A program made the position numbers and the translations under genes. From contig NC_087251.1 of the NCBI RefSeq assembly GCF_037042905.1, forward strand, positions 7,192,001-7,256,000: a stretch of 64,000 nucleotides of DNA. Direction: 5' to 3'. The notes beneath the pieces were generated by a model that saw nothing but the letters and a program-made list of their open reading frames with translations, did not search any database and was not told where the DNA came from. Shown in pieces: positions 1 through 15,519 of this stretch. Within the stretch, counting starts at the first letter, position 1; every line of letters starts with the position of its first letter. The DNA is from Lytechinus pictus (taxonomy: Eukaryota).

Positions 1-3000
1 GAAAGAAATTCTTCTCTTCGATTGTTTTTCTCTCAAGATTGTTTTTCTTTTATAATGTTTAGTATCATTCTGACAGGATTACTATGCACAGGCTCATTTA
101 TAGGGCTTGGGGATTACTATTCTAAAACCAGTTTGTGGTTTGATGTGGGCATCATTGTAAGGGGGTCATTGCTCTTTCTTCACAGGAATTTGTCAAGGAA
201 ATATTCAATTTTCTTGATTTTCCCAGCTTATTCACATATATCTTGTGAGGTGTAGAGGGTATGGGAATACATTCATTTGTAACCTGTGCTACTTAAGTCA
301 TAGACTCCCTTTAAAAAGCTTATTGCATTTACAAATTTTGATTGACTTTGTTATCACTGTTTGAAACATATCACCATACCATGTTTCCTATATTCTGTGA
401 ATGCAGATGAACGCATTGATACCCAAGCCTTTGTTATAACTGGGGAGAGAGGGAGAGAGAGTGAGAGAGATATGATGTAGATGTAGTGTCCATCCAATTG
501 CATACGAGAAAAAATCTTTTATTTTTTGAAAGTCTAGTGCTATGAGTCATTCCAAGAACTAGTATTTCAGTATTTCAAATTGATGTATAAACTTGAGCTG
601 TTGAAATGTCATCAGATGGAAGCAAGTCCTTACTGAAATTGAAGTACGGCATTTTGTACATTTCCTACCTGTGTCGCCAACATGAGAATAAGTCATTTTT
701 CAATTGGAAGTTAGCAGTGACCTTGAATATATTTTGAAGAACTGAAAACGTATATTCTGAAAAAATAGATTGAACTTAAAGTTACATTTTTCTTTATCTT
801 ATAATGTGACTTAAATGTTTACACTATGTATGTTTGAGATTCCATTTTATGTAGGAACTTGTTCATGATTGCTATTCATTTAAAAAATTAAAGGTGATTT
901 ATCATTTACATGTGTACTGTATTTGTTTCATTTTTTTTTTCAAAGCTATCTTTCTCCCTCCACAGGGATTTTATAAATTTTTCAACATTATAAGCTTAAT
1001 CAGTAATGTTAACATTTTATATTCAAATACCATAGTTTTATATCCAATTTAAAGCAAAAAATCTTTTCTTTAGTTCTAAGTATATAGTATAAGTTATCAG
1101 TTATACTTGTATTCAAGTTTATTTTTTTGTGGTTCAATTATATGCTTTGCTTTTTATGCTTTGGTGAGGTTTCTGTTCTTTCTTATTTGCGAGTCCTGCA
1201 TTTATTTTTTGCTGTTTTCCCTTAAGGCATTCATATGTGCCATTGAATTGGGGCAGCAAGTCAGAAACTCAATTCAAAGTGAAAGAATTAACAGACTCAA
1301 CTTCTCATCAAACTCTTCATATCTAGATTATCTACCTCTTACAAATCTCTGTGGGGGAAGCAAATTTGAAAACATGTAGAACACAATGAAATCATTTTAT
1401 TGAAGCTTGTTACTGTATAAAAAGATCAGTTATGAATTACAATTGCGGTAGGAGTCTAATTGTTGGAGGAGTTGGCCTATAAGCACCAGTGATAAAATTT
1501 AGATATTGTTTGCTAGAAGCTTTTATTGACATAATGTGTATTTGATTTGGGGTTGCATTGTATTGGTAAGCCATTGATATTGAAGCAATGTTGAAGGAAA
1601 ACCGTCTTGATCAATGAATAAAGATCTACATGTAGGAGCCATATTGTCATTGAATACTAAACATAAAATTGTCGCCTTCATGTGGCATGACCCCACCTGC
1701 CTTGTATAAAATTTTTACTTTTTTTCCCCATTTCAACTTAATGTATTTCTTTCATTCATAACTATGATTCACATAATAATAAACATACACCTAGTTCAAA
1801 ATGTTGGATATGTTTGTACTGTAAAATCTATGTGTGAGAAAAGGATAACACTGTAGAAACAATAAAAATGGAAATGTATATGTACACACTTACATGGCTG
1901 CTTATTCCCATGGCAACCAGGTTTTATCACACTTGGTACACACCGAACAATAGGTAAAGATCTGATGTTCAGATTTAGAGAGGGACAGGCTAAATATATC
2001 CAATAGCTTGATTTGAGAATATCATTAGTTTAGACATGGACCATACATAGGTCCATGGTTTAGAGCAGAGCGGTTTAAGCAATGACAAAACAATGTTTTC
2101 TACAGGGATATTTCAATTGTGCATATCTGTTCAACCCGAATTACTCTTTTTTCATTGAACCCAACGGCAATATCCAAACACTCTTACAACTTACAGTGTA
2201 TATGAGGGCTATATAGTTTTGGGGGAGAATTGCCCTTGCTTTCCCTATTTTTTTCTCTTTGCTCGAGCAGAGTGGTAATACATGTAGTTGTTGAGTTATA
2301 CCTCTCTGAAAGTATTAAAAAGGCAGATGAAGGCCTATTATGAGGGACAATGGGTTTTACAGAGCTAGCTTATAAAACAGTTCATTTTTTTAGACAATGC
2401 TATAGATGTAATGATAAAACAAATATGGATCACTAATGGTGTAAGGCATCTTATGGGGATATTAGTTGTAAATAGTCCTTTCAGCAAGACAAGCAGATGT
2501 GATAAGATGAGGAAAGGAATGTACACACACTGTACATGTAGACTATATGTTTTAAACAGACTGTGTTATAATAAATTAATTCATCAAACAGCCATTGTAT
2601 TGCACAGACATTTCATTAGAGTGTAATGAAAGAATATGGATTGATACTGTTCTTTGAAGATGTAGAAGATATGAGTCATCTTAGGTGTTTGGTGTGAGAT
2701 GAAGGATGGATGTGATGGTGAGAATCACACCATGAGCAGTCTTCCTTTACAAACACACTCTAATGAAAAGGTACTATGGACATTCTCAGATTTCACACAT
2801 TCTGAAATCAAGTCCAAAAGACGAAGGTGCTCCCCGTGTGATGTAAAAGGCCCAACATATCATTCATAGTGTCAGGATCATATTTCATGAGATATGAAAT
2901 ATTCAGAATTTATATAATAAATCAAGATCATACCAATTTATCATGGAAATTGGAGCAATGATTCGCAGAGGTGGCTATAATTCTGTGAAAATGTTTTAAA

Positions 3001-3409
3001 AAAATTGAAATTGGAGATGTGATTCAATTTATAACTGGTGTAAAAAGTATACTGGTAAGATATTAGTCATTTCTATATGCTCTCCTTGAAGATATTATTT
3101 TCAACTTTTGGTTTGAAAGTATTCTAGCCTATTGTTGATTGACTTTGCTTAACTCTTGTTACCCCCATTAATGGTCATTCATCATTATTTCTCATGATAT
3201 GAACAATATGGATAATTGAATTTCATACAGATATTAAGTGATTATGAAAAGTACGTGAAGACTTATTTATAGAGATTGAGATGAAGGAAATGTAGTATTG
3301 CAATCTGCCCAGTAGACTACTTTTTACATGTAAGAGTGTGTGTGTGTGTGTGCGGGGGGGGGGGGGTAATATATCTTATTACAGTTTAGCAGATATGTTA
3401 ATGGTAATC

Positions 3410-5174
3410 CAGGGGTGGATCCAGCCTTCGCCAATGGGGGGGGGGGGGGAGCCTGGAATTTTTTTTCCTGATCGGCCGCTCGAAGTTTATTTTTTTTTGT
3501 TTCTTTGAATGGGTGGTCCTTATAGTCACTTCTAAGCTTTATTCTTTTAAAATCAACATAAATATATGATAATCTCATAAGTATTATTTAGATAGTGCAA
3601 GCGCGAAGCTCAAGCTATTATTTTTTCCCATGTATTTTGTCCTAAAATTTAAACATTCTGGGCAATGTTTGTGATCGTAAACGAGATGTGTATCCAACTA
3701 AATAATAACTGCAAGCGCGAAGTGCCAACAAAAATTTTTAATACGTTTTGATCTGATCAAAGAAGGATCTGTTAACGGCTGCTTGTAGTTAGCCATGAAG
3801 ACATTACATTTCAACAATCAAATAATGTGAGCGCGAAGTAATTAGCGCGAAGCCCGAGCTGAAAATTTTGACATTTCCACCTGAAGAATGGAAATTCTAA
3901 GCACTTCCTGTAATCGTGAAAAGGATAAGTATATAACTAAACAATTATTGATGCGAGAGTGGAAAAATTCAAGATTTAAACCTAAAAATGGGACACTCTA
4001 TTCATGTTTTGTAAATCATGAAAAGGATGAGTAATTGGAAATCTTCCAACATTAATGCGAATGCAAAGCACAAGCAGAAAATTTTTGTCCGTGATCTGAA
4101 ACTGGATAATGATTTAAATAGAGAACAAGCTGCATATCTGTTTCAGATTTTGACCTAGAATCTGGGAATTCTAAATACCCTTTTTATCATGAAAATCATT
4201 CCGATCTGAAAAGGGTCAATTTAAGCTCTGTATTTCAAGCACTTTGTAGGAAAATTGTGCGGTGGATATGGATCACAGTTAAAAAAGAGCTGATATGTTT
4301 CATTATTATGACTTTGAGTTTTGACATAGGACCGCGACATTCTAAGAACACTATGTCATCATATGAAAATGATGACTATCTTCCTATTTCTTTTCCTATG
4401 CGTGAGATGAAACTTGTAGATATTCCATTCTGAAAAAAGGGACAATTTGATTATTAAATTAATATTGTATTTATCAATCCAATAAGCCTAATGAGAGTGC
4501 AAAATCTGTTAATATCATGGCTTGAAAACTGGACATTTAAAGCACTTTTGTAATTAAGAATAAGATGCATGAGTTAAATTTTTGATAAACTGTCATGAAA
4601 TGGGGATTTTAAGTAGTTTATTATAGAATTTATATTGAGATATACATAACTCACCAATCAAAATGCGAGCTTGCAGCACCAGCTGATACATTTTGACAAT
4701 TTGACCTGAATAGGGACATTTTGAGAACTTTATGGAATACAGAAAAATAATAGGTACCTGGCAAATCAAATTTTGCGAGCGCGTGCACAGAAATTGTTAA
4801 TATTCAGACCATAAAACTGAAATTTTTACGAAGCACTTAAAAAAAATCAAATTAGATAATGAAAGTTCGATTTTTGAGCTGAAAGATGTTTTGTATATTG
4901 ACTTCAAAATTTTATATTTTAAGCTCCATATTGAGCAAAATACATGTATGTAAATCACCTAATAGGCAATGCGAGCGCAAAGCGCGAGCGAATATTTCAT
5001 ATAATGACATGAAGCCTTCATAGCTCTTCTTATTTTATTCACTCTTATTTCTCCTCTATGTTGTTCCTTTTTTTTTCCTCCTCTCTTTTCCATTCTTTTT
5101 TTTCTTTCTTTCCCCCTTTTTTCTTTTTTTTTGCTCTGCCAATAGGGGGGGGGGGGGCTCTGAATCTGCCTATG
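3410..5174. mobile_element. ~1.8 kb non-autonomous element with G-tract ends and internal GCGAGCGCGAAGCGCGAGC-type subrepeats
   Basis: Left end CAGGGGTGGATCCAGCC+polyG; right end polyG+GGCTCTGAATCTGCCTATG; many degenerate copies of aatgcgagcgcgaagcgcgagc inside. Confidence 0.65.
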
Positions 5175-5345
5175 TAATCTACCATACAATTTTCAGGTAC
5201 ATGTAGATCAACTCAAGATGGAGAAGTAACATTATACTGGCATAATAGTCTATTAGAAGTAATGGTGACATTTCTGGAACTACTCATTACTCTCTAGTTT
5301 CATGATAAAAGATTTCTAACAACGTGCGTAACACATGTTGATATT

Positions 5346-6427
5346 CAGTCAGTCCGCAAGCCCCTGTGTTAATGAGCAAATGAGCAAGATTTATCCAAGT
5401 CCTCTCGTGGCTGAATTCATGTCCCTGCAAAATCTCGTGAATTGTGAGACTTTCTTTCTCAAAAAATTTAACCACTTTCTCCTTGAGTAATATTGATTAT
5501 TTTTGTACCATGGGCAAGAGTAAATGTTACCCTTTTATATTGGTCATTTCTTTTGAATGAAATAGTTTGATAAATAAGTGAATTTTTTACCTGAAAAGAT
5601 GCATCAAACATAATTTTCTTCCTCTGTTTTCACTTGCAAATTGTGCAACATTTTGTGTTTTAGGCACCAACATTATTTATATCATCAGAAAGCTCAAACT
5701 CTATACTTTCTTACAATGTCACTCTTGATATGTGGCATCTTTTAGATGGGTCAGCAGCCAGTTATTTCCATCAAGATGCAAGACGAGATTTCTGAAATTT
5801 CTGAGTAACATAAAATCCAGAGTTCTGATTGGCTGAATACTGTTTTCAAAACAAACAGACGCGGGTAATTTGAAGAGATTTACCACATGGTGAGTGTGAC
5901 CTTGCAGAGGCCCAGTGTGGGGAACATTGGAATTTGCGTGGGTGTGTGGTCTATGACCAATCAGAGCGCAGTATTCTTGTTTTTGAGCTGCCAAATGTAC
6001 TTGGCCTATGAAAAGCTGGCTGCTGACCCATCTAAAATACATCTTCTTATAAAATTATATTACATTAAAGCTTAGATCTTCAGCTTTATCATGATTTAAA
6101 AATCATTTGTGCCTAAACAGAAATTAAGTGTGAAAACAACAACTTTTGTTGCATGAAAAAAAATATTTTGTTTCATGTTTTTGATCAAAAGTTTTTCCTA
6201 TATTACAACATTCTTTTAAAAATCCAAACACATGACCTAAAAGAATGATTCTTCTTCTTTACAAAGATACCAAAAACATGAAATTTGGTCAATATTTAGA
6301 GCAGCAATGGCCGAATAAAAAGAGGTGTTTTGGTTCGCACCAAGCTCATTAACTATGCAAAAACCCTCTTGTCATGAATATCACTTGGATAAAAGAAGCT
6401 ACTTTTTCAGGGCTTGCGGACTGACTG
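5346..6427. mobile_element. Non-autonomous Tc1/mariner-like element
   Basis: Perfect 18-bp TIR CAGTCAGTCCGCAAGCCC / GGGCTTGCGGACTGACTG; TA at right flank; no transposase ORF. Confidence 0.75.
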
Positions 6428-9400
6428 TATTTGATGATATACAACTGGCTTTTATGTTGTTTGCAATGGTAATGAGTAAGGATGTTTTTAATTTCAGATA
6501 GGATATCACCAGGTCAGAAATCTTAGAATAGATACATGTACAGTTGTGGTGATATCTTAAGATTTGGCATCACAGCTCAGGAGTTGATAGACAATGAGAC
6601 TACTATCTTTAAAGGGCTGCTGTACAGAATTTTAAATTCTGGGTGGGTGGCGTTTATACGTCTGCTACATGTACCTATGGTTTACTAGTATGATAGATGA
6701 ATACTGGACAATAACAATGTTATTTTATGCTATAGCAGTGATTTTTTTAAAACATATCTTCTTCTAGTTCTGGTTGTTTTAATTTGTATCTTTGGCAAAT
6801 TATGCAACCAACTATGAACCATAGTAGTCATAAGGCTCACTTTCAAATGCTGTTAGTTCAAATAGAACAAGTGTAGACCTACATGTATATACTGTAGCAA
6901 TAATCATAGTTCTTGTTCAACGTCCCTTATCTAAGGTGACACAGTCATATCCTGGCAGAGACACGCTTCAACTCTAATTGAGTTGTGAAGCAATTTCCAT
7001 TATAGCAGTAATGACACTCGTAAGACGCTCGTTTCTTGCCGCCTTCGATCACCGGGAGACTGGGAATCTCGTTTGTGCATCTGTGTCTGTGAGAGATAAT
7101 CTTGGTGCATCCTTTCTTTAACTTTATAGCCATGTGCAAGGTGTCCCATTAGTCTGTAGTGTGCATCATATTTGATTGCTTTCGCTGTCTGCTACTCCTC
7201 TAAAAACATCTGTTTATTAAGCTGACTACATGTACTCATATATGTAAGGTGTTTAAATAGTGTATTCTATTCAGTGTTTACCTATGGGGGTCATGTGTGT
7301 GTTTTAATTAGTAGTATCAATCATAAGGGGAGCTGGTTGAAGTTTTATTAATGAAGATGATTAAGTGTTTGAATACCCTATATGCCTCATACATATAGTG
7401 GTAAGGGGGCTGTGTGGCATGAATTTAAATTTATTAACAAACTTCATTCATTTGGCATTAACATTTTGTTTTACAATATATACAATGATAACATAAACAA
7501 CAATATTTATAACTGTATATCATATAAATCAGGAATAAATCAATACATTTTCCATAGATTTCCAATTATCATACATATATACATCTATATTCAAAGAGAA
7601 ATGACTTTTGAAATTTAACCTAGAGAAAGTATAGCATAATGCAATATAATAAAACAAGAACTGAGTAACTATTGTGTTGATAGAGATATACCGTTGGTGT
7701 ACATTGGATTTTATATAGCTTGAATGAAAGAAAAAATATGCAGTTGATGTCAAAACTCACCTCTCTTATTTATAATGGCTTTAATGAACTTACAGAAATT
7801 ATCAATTATGTCTTAATTATCAAGATTCATTATGAATATATGTTTGTCTTCATCACTAAGGTATTTAAACTGTTAAAAACTGGCATGTTAGTTTTTCTGT
7901 GTGCTACATACCCTTAAAATCATTTTGATATTAGAATAGAAGATAAAAAGACACAGCATAATATATGCAAGATGGAGCAAATGGAAAAAAGCACAATTAT
8001 AATTATTTGAATATGAAGTCTACCTTGGTATGTTTACATATAGCAACTGTTAGTTTCATGTTTTTAGTACTTACTATTATCTAATTGAGTAGATATTTTC
8101 TTTTTTATTTGCATATTAATTTTCTTGTTTATTTTGTATTAATTAATTTGCATGATTTAGGACCTGTAAGGTAAATAATTCTTTTGAAGAGAGAGAGTGC
8201 ATATTTGTAACAAAATTGGTGGAGTACATTGTATGTAATGCAGTATTAGGAAAAAAAAATTGATATATAGCTCTGCAAATGGCATTTAGTTATTAAGTAG
8301 CTTTCCATGATAAATTCACCATTTCAAATACACAATTAAATATATGTAGGACTAGAGGGCACATTTACAAGCAATCTTGCTTTCATTCCATTCACCTAAT
8401 CAAATTGAGTATTTGGATTGGAATGAGACGTTCGATACATAAAAAGAATACTCCTTCTACATCTATGGTGTGCTGGAAGAGAAAATTTGCCAATTATCAC
8501 TAATGAAGCCAGCCGGGTAATATGCCTGAGCATGTCCAATTCTGATCATCTTGTTTGCTTTCTTACCAAGAAAAGGTCATATGACTCACTAAGCATGATG
8601 TCTGTCTTTGTCTTCTTTACAAATATTGAAAGAGAACATGCTGCTTCGGTTGGCTACATGCATGTATTGATGGAATATTCATGTCGGTGAAATATCAAAG
8701 AAGCATTTTTCACAGTTTATGATTTCAATTGGAGATGAGAGGGGGGATTTGCTTGAAACTAAAAATATATACTGTATTCATCCCTTGATACAGGAATATG
8801 TTTACACATAGCATTTTATACATTTTTGCGGTGAATTCAACAGAGTTGATTCAAGAAAACAAGAATTTTAGAACATGTTAAGGAGAATTTTTTTTCTCAA
8901 ATAATGCTTATTTTACTGTTAGAATTTCAAACGAGATAAAAAAATATAATTATTTAAACTTGACTGCATTAAGCATGAATTTAGAAAGGGAATGGGGGTA
9001 TAATTAATATAAATCATGTTTGGCATGAATGCAAACAGTTACCTTGCTTATTTGTTCTTAATCACAGCATGGGCCCATCACAGAAATAATTTTGACCTAT
9101 GATCTTCATTGATCAATATTATTTTATTATACTCTAAGCTTACCTAATGCTTTAGTAATCAATGTTGATGGTATCATATTGAGCTATATAAGATTATAAT
9201 ACCATTTAATTATTGATACAACATATTCTACAACAATTTTGACTGAGATATCATATGTAAATATTTGACTTTGACACCTCTTAATAGTTTAAAGTGTGAA
9301 CATTATCAAGAAGTAAATGTTAATTGTTGAAGTATTTCTTGAACTCATTTGGGCGTATTGATTAGACATTTATTTATCTGTTAAGTTACCCTTCAAATGA

Positions 9401-9654
9401 TGTTTTAAATGAGCTAAAACATATCTTTGTATGTACATGTGGGTCATTATGTGTTGTGGATACAATAATTAACAGACATTATTGATAAATTCAAAGATGA
9501 TATCAAACTATATTCTAGAAGTAAATTTTGCTTTGTCAGAAGATGACTTCATAATAATAATAAACAATATCAATATAACTTAAAAAGCAACAATTCCACT
9601 CTTTGTTACTTTGATGTGCACCTTATCATATTATACTCAACTAAAGAACTATAC

Positions 9655-9897
9655 CAGGGCTCGACATTAGCAGTGGCCCGGTGGCCCTGGGCAACCAAAA
9701 ATGAGAGTCAGGCCACAAAATTCTGTTAAAGCCTGCAATTGCTGGCCCAGTTGGGCAATCAAAGTTTTGATAAATTACAATGTTTTCTATTGTTTTAGGG
9801 CCACAAAATTTGCTTTTAGGGCCACCAAGAATATGAAATTGATGATTTTGGTGGACTGATCAGGCCACTGAAGAAAAAAAGTTAGTGTGGAGCCTTG
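9655..9897. mobile_element. MITE (hAT/P-like CA...TG ends)
   Basis: CAGGGCTCGACATTA / TTAGTGTGGAGCCTTG imperfect TIR, flanked by direct repeat ACTATAC. Confidence 0.7.
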
Positions 9898-12365
9898 ACT
9901 ATACCATATGAATAATCTTTTGGTTGTAAAAAAGATAAAACCATAATGTCAGTCAACTCAAACATGGACTCCAGGCATGTGTCATTGTCTGTCTACTTTG
10001 GCTTAAAATGATAATTACCAGAGTTTTACAGCCGTTAATGTTGACTCAATACCAAGGATCAGCAAATACAAATCTATATTATGAGGTCATTCCAGAATTT
10101 CATTTGTTACTGCATGGGAAGTTGCCACTACTCATCTTTTGTCCCAATTTCATGCCAAAATAGGATAACAGAATTTTGTTAGTTTTTTTTTTTTAACTAG
10201 ACAATGATGAAGGTTTTATCATACAGATGGCGGACGAAGCTACATGTAACTAATGGTTCAAAGCTTGCCGCTGCCATGCAAGCATTAGACGCACCAACAA
10301 TATCCATGCTTTTCCCTTTTTAGCGGCCCTCGTTGGACGCCTTAGTACTGCCCTGCTGAACTTGAAACCAGAACAATAGATGCTTAAAGGGAACTATCAG
10401 GCATTATTGATATGCAACTGTGCATGAACCATGGCTTTTATTTTTGTCTACCCATAACGGTTAGTTCATTCAGTTTGAGTGAATTGAATCTTAGTTCATG
10501 AAGCCCAAGTTAAACCAGGCATGGGTCTGTGGAAATACAGTTTATCTTTTACTGTGATGATATCATATTTAACTTCTCTATATAATCATATTCCTACCAG
10601 AGCAAGAAGATTAATTTTAATATGCCACCTCTTGTTTATTACCAAACCTATATATTCATCCATCTGAGATATTTAAACTTATCAATACATTTAAAATAAA
10701 TGTATACCTTATCCAGGTAAAATGAAGTGCATGCAGTCATAAAGTCAGAGTTGAAGTCGGGTTCTAAAATGCTAACCATGTACACTCGAAAGTAGGAAAT
10801 GTGTACTTATATCACATGACTCAAGTGCTCTTGTTAAGAGTGGTTAGTAAACATGAGAGTAGAAGTGAGAATGGGCTCCATCTGCAAGAATTTCAAAAAA
10901 AATTCTTATGTTTTTTTAATAAAACAAATCTTATTTTGTCACCATGTAGACCTACAACTACCAATTCTATTATAAGTAGAAAATTATCATGAAAATATGT
11001 GCTAGTCAAATCATTAATCTTCTAGTTTAAAGTCATATAAAGCTTCCTATTATTTTTTAGTAATTGGGGAAATATATTCATTATACTGAAGTACACACTA
11101 AATATATGGAAAGGTCTTTGAGAAAAGCAAATGTTTTAAGAAGAATATTAGTTGATGATGCTCTTTGTTGAAACTTCTTATGAAAACTTCTTGTCACAAT
11201 ACCATCCACTTTCAGAGGATGGTTCATACTATCAAAGGATGCAAGGAGGAAGTATGTTAGAATTCAATCAAACCTCAAAGAATTTGTTTGCAATTTCACA
11301 TACTTCTTTATGGTTTTATGAAGATTGGCCAGCTGCTGTTGGACTCGATATAAGTCATAGTTTGGGGTTATGATTTATGAGACGGGAAGAGATATGTGAT
11401 GGTCTGCTATGCTTTCAGGGGTGCCGCTCTGTAGCCAATCTTACTGATTGTGACAGGGAAGCTATGTAGAAGTGAAAGATGATGGGACCAAGAGTGGGAC
11501 AACTACAACCCCCCCCCTTACATCAGCTCCCTGCAAGAAAGTGCTTACTTCGATCCTGTATTAATGGCTGTGAAGTCCTTCTTTTATTGCAGCAGATGCA
11601 TTTTTGTGGTTGCGGCCAACTTGACATCAAGAACAGGGATACACATAGACCTAGAATGCCATGCCACATGAGAATCAGTCATTCTGCTGATGAAAATGTA
11701 GAATGGATCAGATTGTCTCTTTTCTAAAACACAGGCTATCTACTTTCTTCAGGTGATGAGTTAAAGGATTGGCTTGGCTGATGGACAGGGGATTGTAGGT
11801 TGATTGGTCGGTTAGCTTAAAAGGTTTGACAAGGCATGCATGTCTTCTTTATCTTTGTGGTGGTAATGGGGATGTTTGGCCCTTCAACAAATGAGATTTG
11901 TGATGAAATGTCATGTTATTGCTTATAGTTTTAAAGACTGAATTTTAATTTGATTATCAAATAAACACAGTTTATCTTTTATGAAGACTGTCCTCATCTG
12001 ACCTGGTTAAGAGGTGAGAAGCTTTGTCTCTGGAGTACCAGTTGATCCTTGTCCTTATAAGGTAATCAGTAAACTTACAGAGGTCACAGTGAGAGGGGAC
12101 AAGGGTTAATATCTGTCCTAGGGGAAATTTATGCACCCTTCAAACCTTAATCTGGTTGCTATACCTTTTGACTGTTCTATTCATGGAGCTCTGTTAGTAG
12201 CTCCATGGTTCAATTTTAAATCTTCAGCAATATACATTTTCTTCAATATACTCATGTAAACCAAATTTGAAAAGTTTATAGAGGCTGATGAGGGATTGGC
12301 ATACAAATATTCCAGATTGAACTTCCTTGGTTTCAAGCAATACTTCTGAAATGGAAGTCATGTCA

Positions 12366-12767
12366 TTAAAGCTAAATGAACGTAGTTTCAGTTAAACACT
12401 GATTTCGTGAGAAAGTCTGTAAAACCAAGGTAAAGTATTGATATATCATCGTGGATCAAGATCTGGTACAGTTACATAAACTGAACTTTGTGAAATCATA
12501 ATATCTAGCTAAAAAACGATCACACTGAAGATCGCCAACACAGATAGGCACACGTGGGACAGTGTATTATTATTGCTGGAATAAAGACCCGACGGAAGTG
12601 ACCGAATCCGCGCTTATTTTGCTTATTTCTCAGCAATTACACAATTTCTTCCAGAATCCTTTGGCACATATTTTTTATTCATACAAACAGACACTTTGGT
12701 GATCATTATATTAAATTATGTAAAAAGTCATTTTGAGATCATTCCCACAACTGGAATTTATCTTTAA
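12366..12767 (+). mobile_element. TTAA-flanked ~400-bp MITE, copy 1 (Kolobok-like TTAA-AG...CT-TTAA ends)
   Basis: TTAAAGCTAAATG...ATTTATCTTTAA; near-identical reverse-complement copy at 20942-21349. Confidence 0.85.
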
Positions 12768-13195
12768 CAAAGGCCACAATGTTGGGACTCTTAATGGTTT
12801 CGTGCTGGAGATTTCAAAGATATCGGCCTATTGAATTATACTTAATTTCATCTTGAACTACTTCCTAATTTTAAAAGCAATGTAATTTTGCACACCCATT
12901 GGTCTTGAGAAATCATGCAGGACATATACTAGGCATGGATTATCTCCTTGGGTTAAGTGATATTTCTGGTTTTACTCAAATTTATTTTTGTCACTCAGAA
13001 GCTTCATTCTCTTTGTTTTCTTCAAGATTCTGCAATTCAATTTTCATTCATCAAATGTAAATGCAAATATCTTTGCAATCAATTTGCAAATTTCCATTAC
13101 AATTTTACAATTGATAGGTTGTTTTAACTGTACTAACACTTTGTTGCAAGAAGGAGATCAGTAATCAGCTGCAAATGTTTGATTAATTGCATGAC

Positions 13196-13863
13196 ATATC
13201 GTCAGCGGTCATCCGAACTATCGTATCAGTCAATTTTGGTCAACAAAAATCGATTTTGAGATTTTTCATAAAATGAAAGTACAAGTCCTACTCTATTCAT
13301 AACTGAATTTCTAGGCAGCTATTTATTTTATTTTCTGAGATAGAGGATTTTCACGGCGATGCCATACAAATTTTAATAAAATGCGCAAGTCCCATTGGAA
13401 ACGTGTACTGTAACAGAGCGATACGACGTTTTGACTGACCGCGATTTCAATGCGCGCAGTTAGCCAAACCGTTGTATCGGCACTGGGAACTGCATTGACT
13501 TTGCACGTGAAAAGCAGTACAACGTTTTGACTGACCGCATGCATTGAAATCGCGGTCAGGGTTGTTGTATTCCCTATGCCGTTTTTGTACAGGGAAAATT
13601 GAAACCGCTCAAACCGAAGTTACAAGCATGTAGCTCTTTTGCGATATTTTCTCGGATTCTTAGTTTTGTGTACAAATAAAGATACCAATGTCAAGCAATT
13701 GTCTTGGTCTTTCCAACCATGTATTTTTCTAGCAATGAATATGTTGTAAGGCTGGGGAACTAAGTGTGAAAATCATAGTAAACTTTGAAGTCGATTTTCT
13801 CTGAAATGAGTTTGCACCGTCTCGTATGTGTGATACGACGGTTTGGATGACCGCCGACGATAT
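13196..13863. mobile_element. MITE with ~33-bp TIR
   Basis: ATATCGTCAGCGGTCATCCGAACTATCGTATCA / TGATACGACGGTTTGGATGACCGCCGACGATAT; internal repeats of the TIR-like motif tacgacgttttgactgaccgc. Confidence 0.75.
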
Positions 13864-14910
13864 GATAGGTTTAGGGACACAAAGTAGCTTTGCAATTGAT
13901 TGTATGTTTCTTCCAAGTTCCAACACCCAAATTATGAAGGCCTACAATGTCAAGCGAAACATAGTTTATCCAGGGAGTTGGTTTAACATTATTGCTGCAA
14001 TATGAAAAGGAAATTGCTTATGGAGACTATACAGTTATCATGGCAAACCCTGTGAAATTGATGATATTATTAACATGACATTCTTTATCTTTGCTGTTAA
14101 TCATTGCAAATGTCCATCAAATAATATCATCCAAGTTCATGCTAATATCTTTCCAAGCAAAGTCTGTCTGCTGAGTCTATACTAATGTAACGGTCCATTA
14201 AGAATTCAGTTTGCATCATCTGTTCTATGTGCATATCTGTCTCCCTCGTCAAGGGCAACTATTATTTCCTAATGAATCGTTAAAAAAATATCTACAACCT
14301 TCCTTAGGTATATATCTATAGGTCAATAACTTATTGTAGGCCTAGAGACCCCCAGGGATTATTGATTTATATCACAATAAGAATTAGATCAAACAAATTT
14401 GAAATTGATTCAATAAGCACCCCTGATTTTCTATTCATTGCTGTAATTATACACAGGATGAAATAACATGGATTTAATAACTCAATTAGTCTTAGATTTA
14501 GAAGAAATTTTGCTGAAAAGCAAGTATATCTTGAATGACATAGGGTCTATATTTTGCAGATACATGTTTGTGCTCCTTGTAGTATCATGAAAAGTAATTT
14601 ATCTTTTTTTTCTTCATAAAAATGAAATGACTACCTCATCGGTTGTTTGATGGAGTGATATCCTGAAATAGTCATTGTGGTTATAGTGTGGCTAGATGTG
14701 GTTATATCATGGAGCTAGTAGCTTTCTTCACACATTCTTCACAGGGTATCTCATGACTGACTGCAATATCTACTTTCATTTTGCAGCCTCCGAAAAATAT
14801 AGGATTATAAAATATTTCATGATATCACATGAATAATATATAGCAAAAGGAGAGCGTGAGGTATGGTTATAATCTCACAGCAGGAGACTATGAAATATAA
14901 GGTTTCAGAT

Positions 14911-15519
14911 TTAAAGGGATGGTCCGGACTGAAAATATTTATATCTAAATACATAGAGTAAAATTCACAGAGAAAATTGCTGAAAATTTCATCAAATTCG
15001 GATAACAACAAAGTTACTGAATTTTAAAGTTTAGCAATATTTTGTGAAAACAGTTATATGCACATCGTCATGAATATTCATTAGTTGGGCTGATGGTGTC
15101 ACATCCCCACTTTCCTTTTTCTTATTTTATTAAATGAAATCATAATTGTTCCATTTTTTCATACATGTGTAAATGATATGTCTCCATTATGATGAAATAC
15201 GTTGCGGCAATAAATAACTAAAGCACTTAATCAGTCAATCAAATTGTTTATTAAAGTTCTTGGTAGAAAATTTTTGAAAAATCCTAATTTCATATAATAA
15301 AATACAAAAGAACAAGTGGGGATATGACATCATCAGCCCACCTAATGAATATTCATGAAGACATGTCTAGAACTGTTTCACTGGAATAATGGTAATCTTT
15401 AAAATTCAATAACTTCGTTATTAGTTATCCGATTTTGATCAAATTTTCAGCATTTTGCTCTGTGAATTTTACTTTATTTATTGAGATATGAATATCTTTA
15501 GCCTTGACCATCCCTTTAA
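14911..15519. mobile_element. TTAA-flanked foldback MITE with ~200-bp TIRs
   Basis: TTAAAGGGATGGTC... / ...GACCATCCCTTTAA; arms remain reverse-complementary for about 200 bp; decayed relative starts near 35118. Confidence 0.85.
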
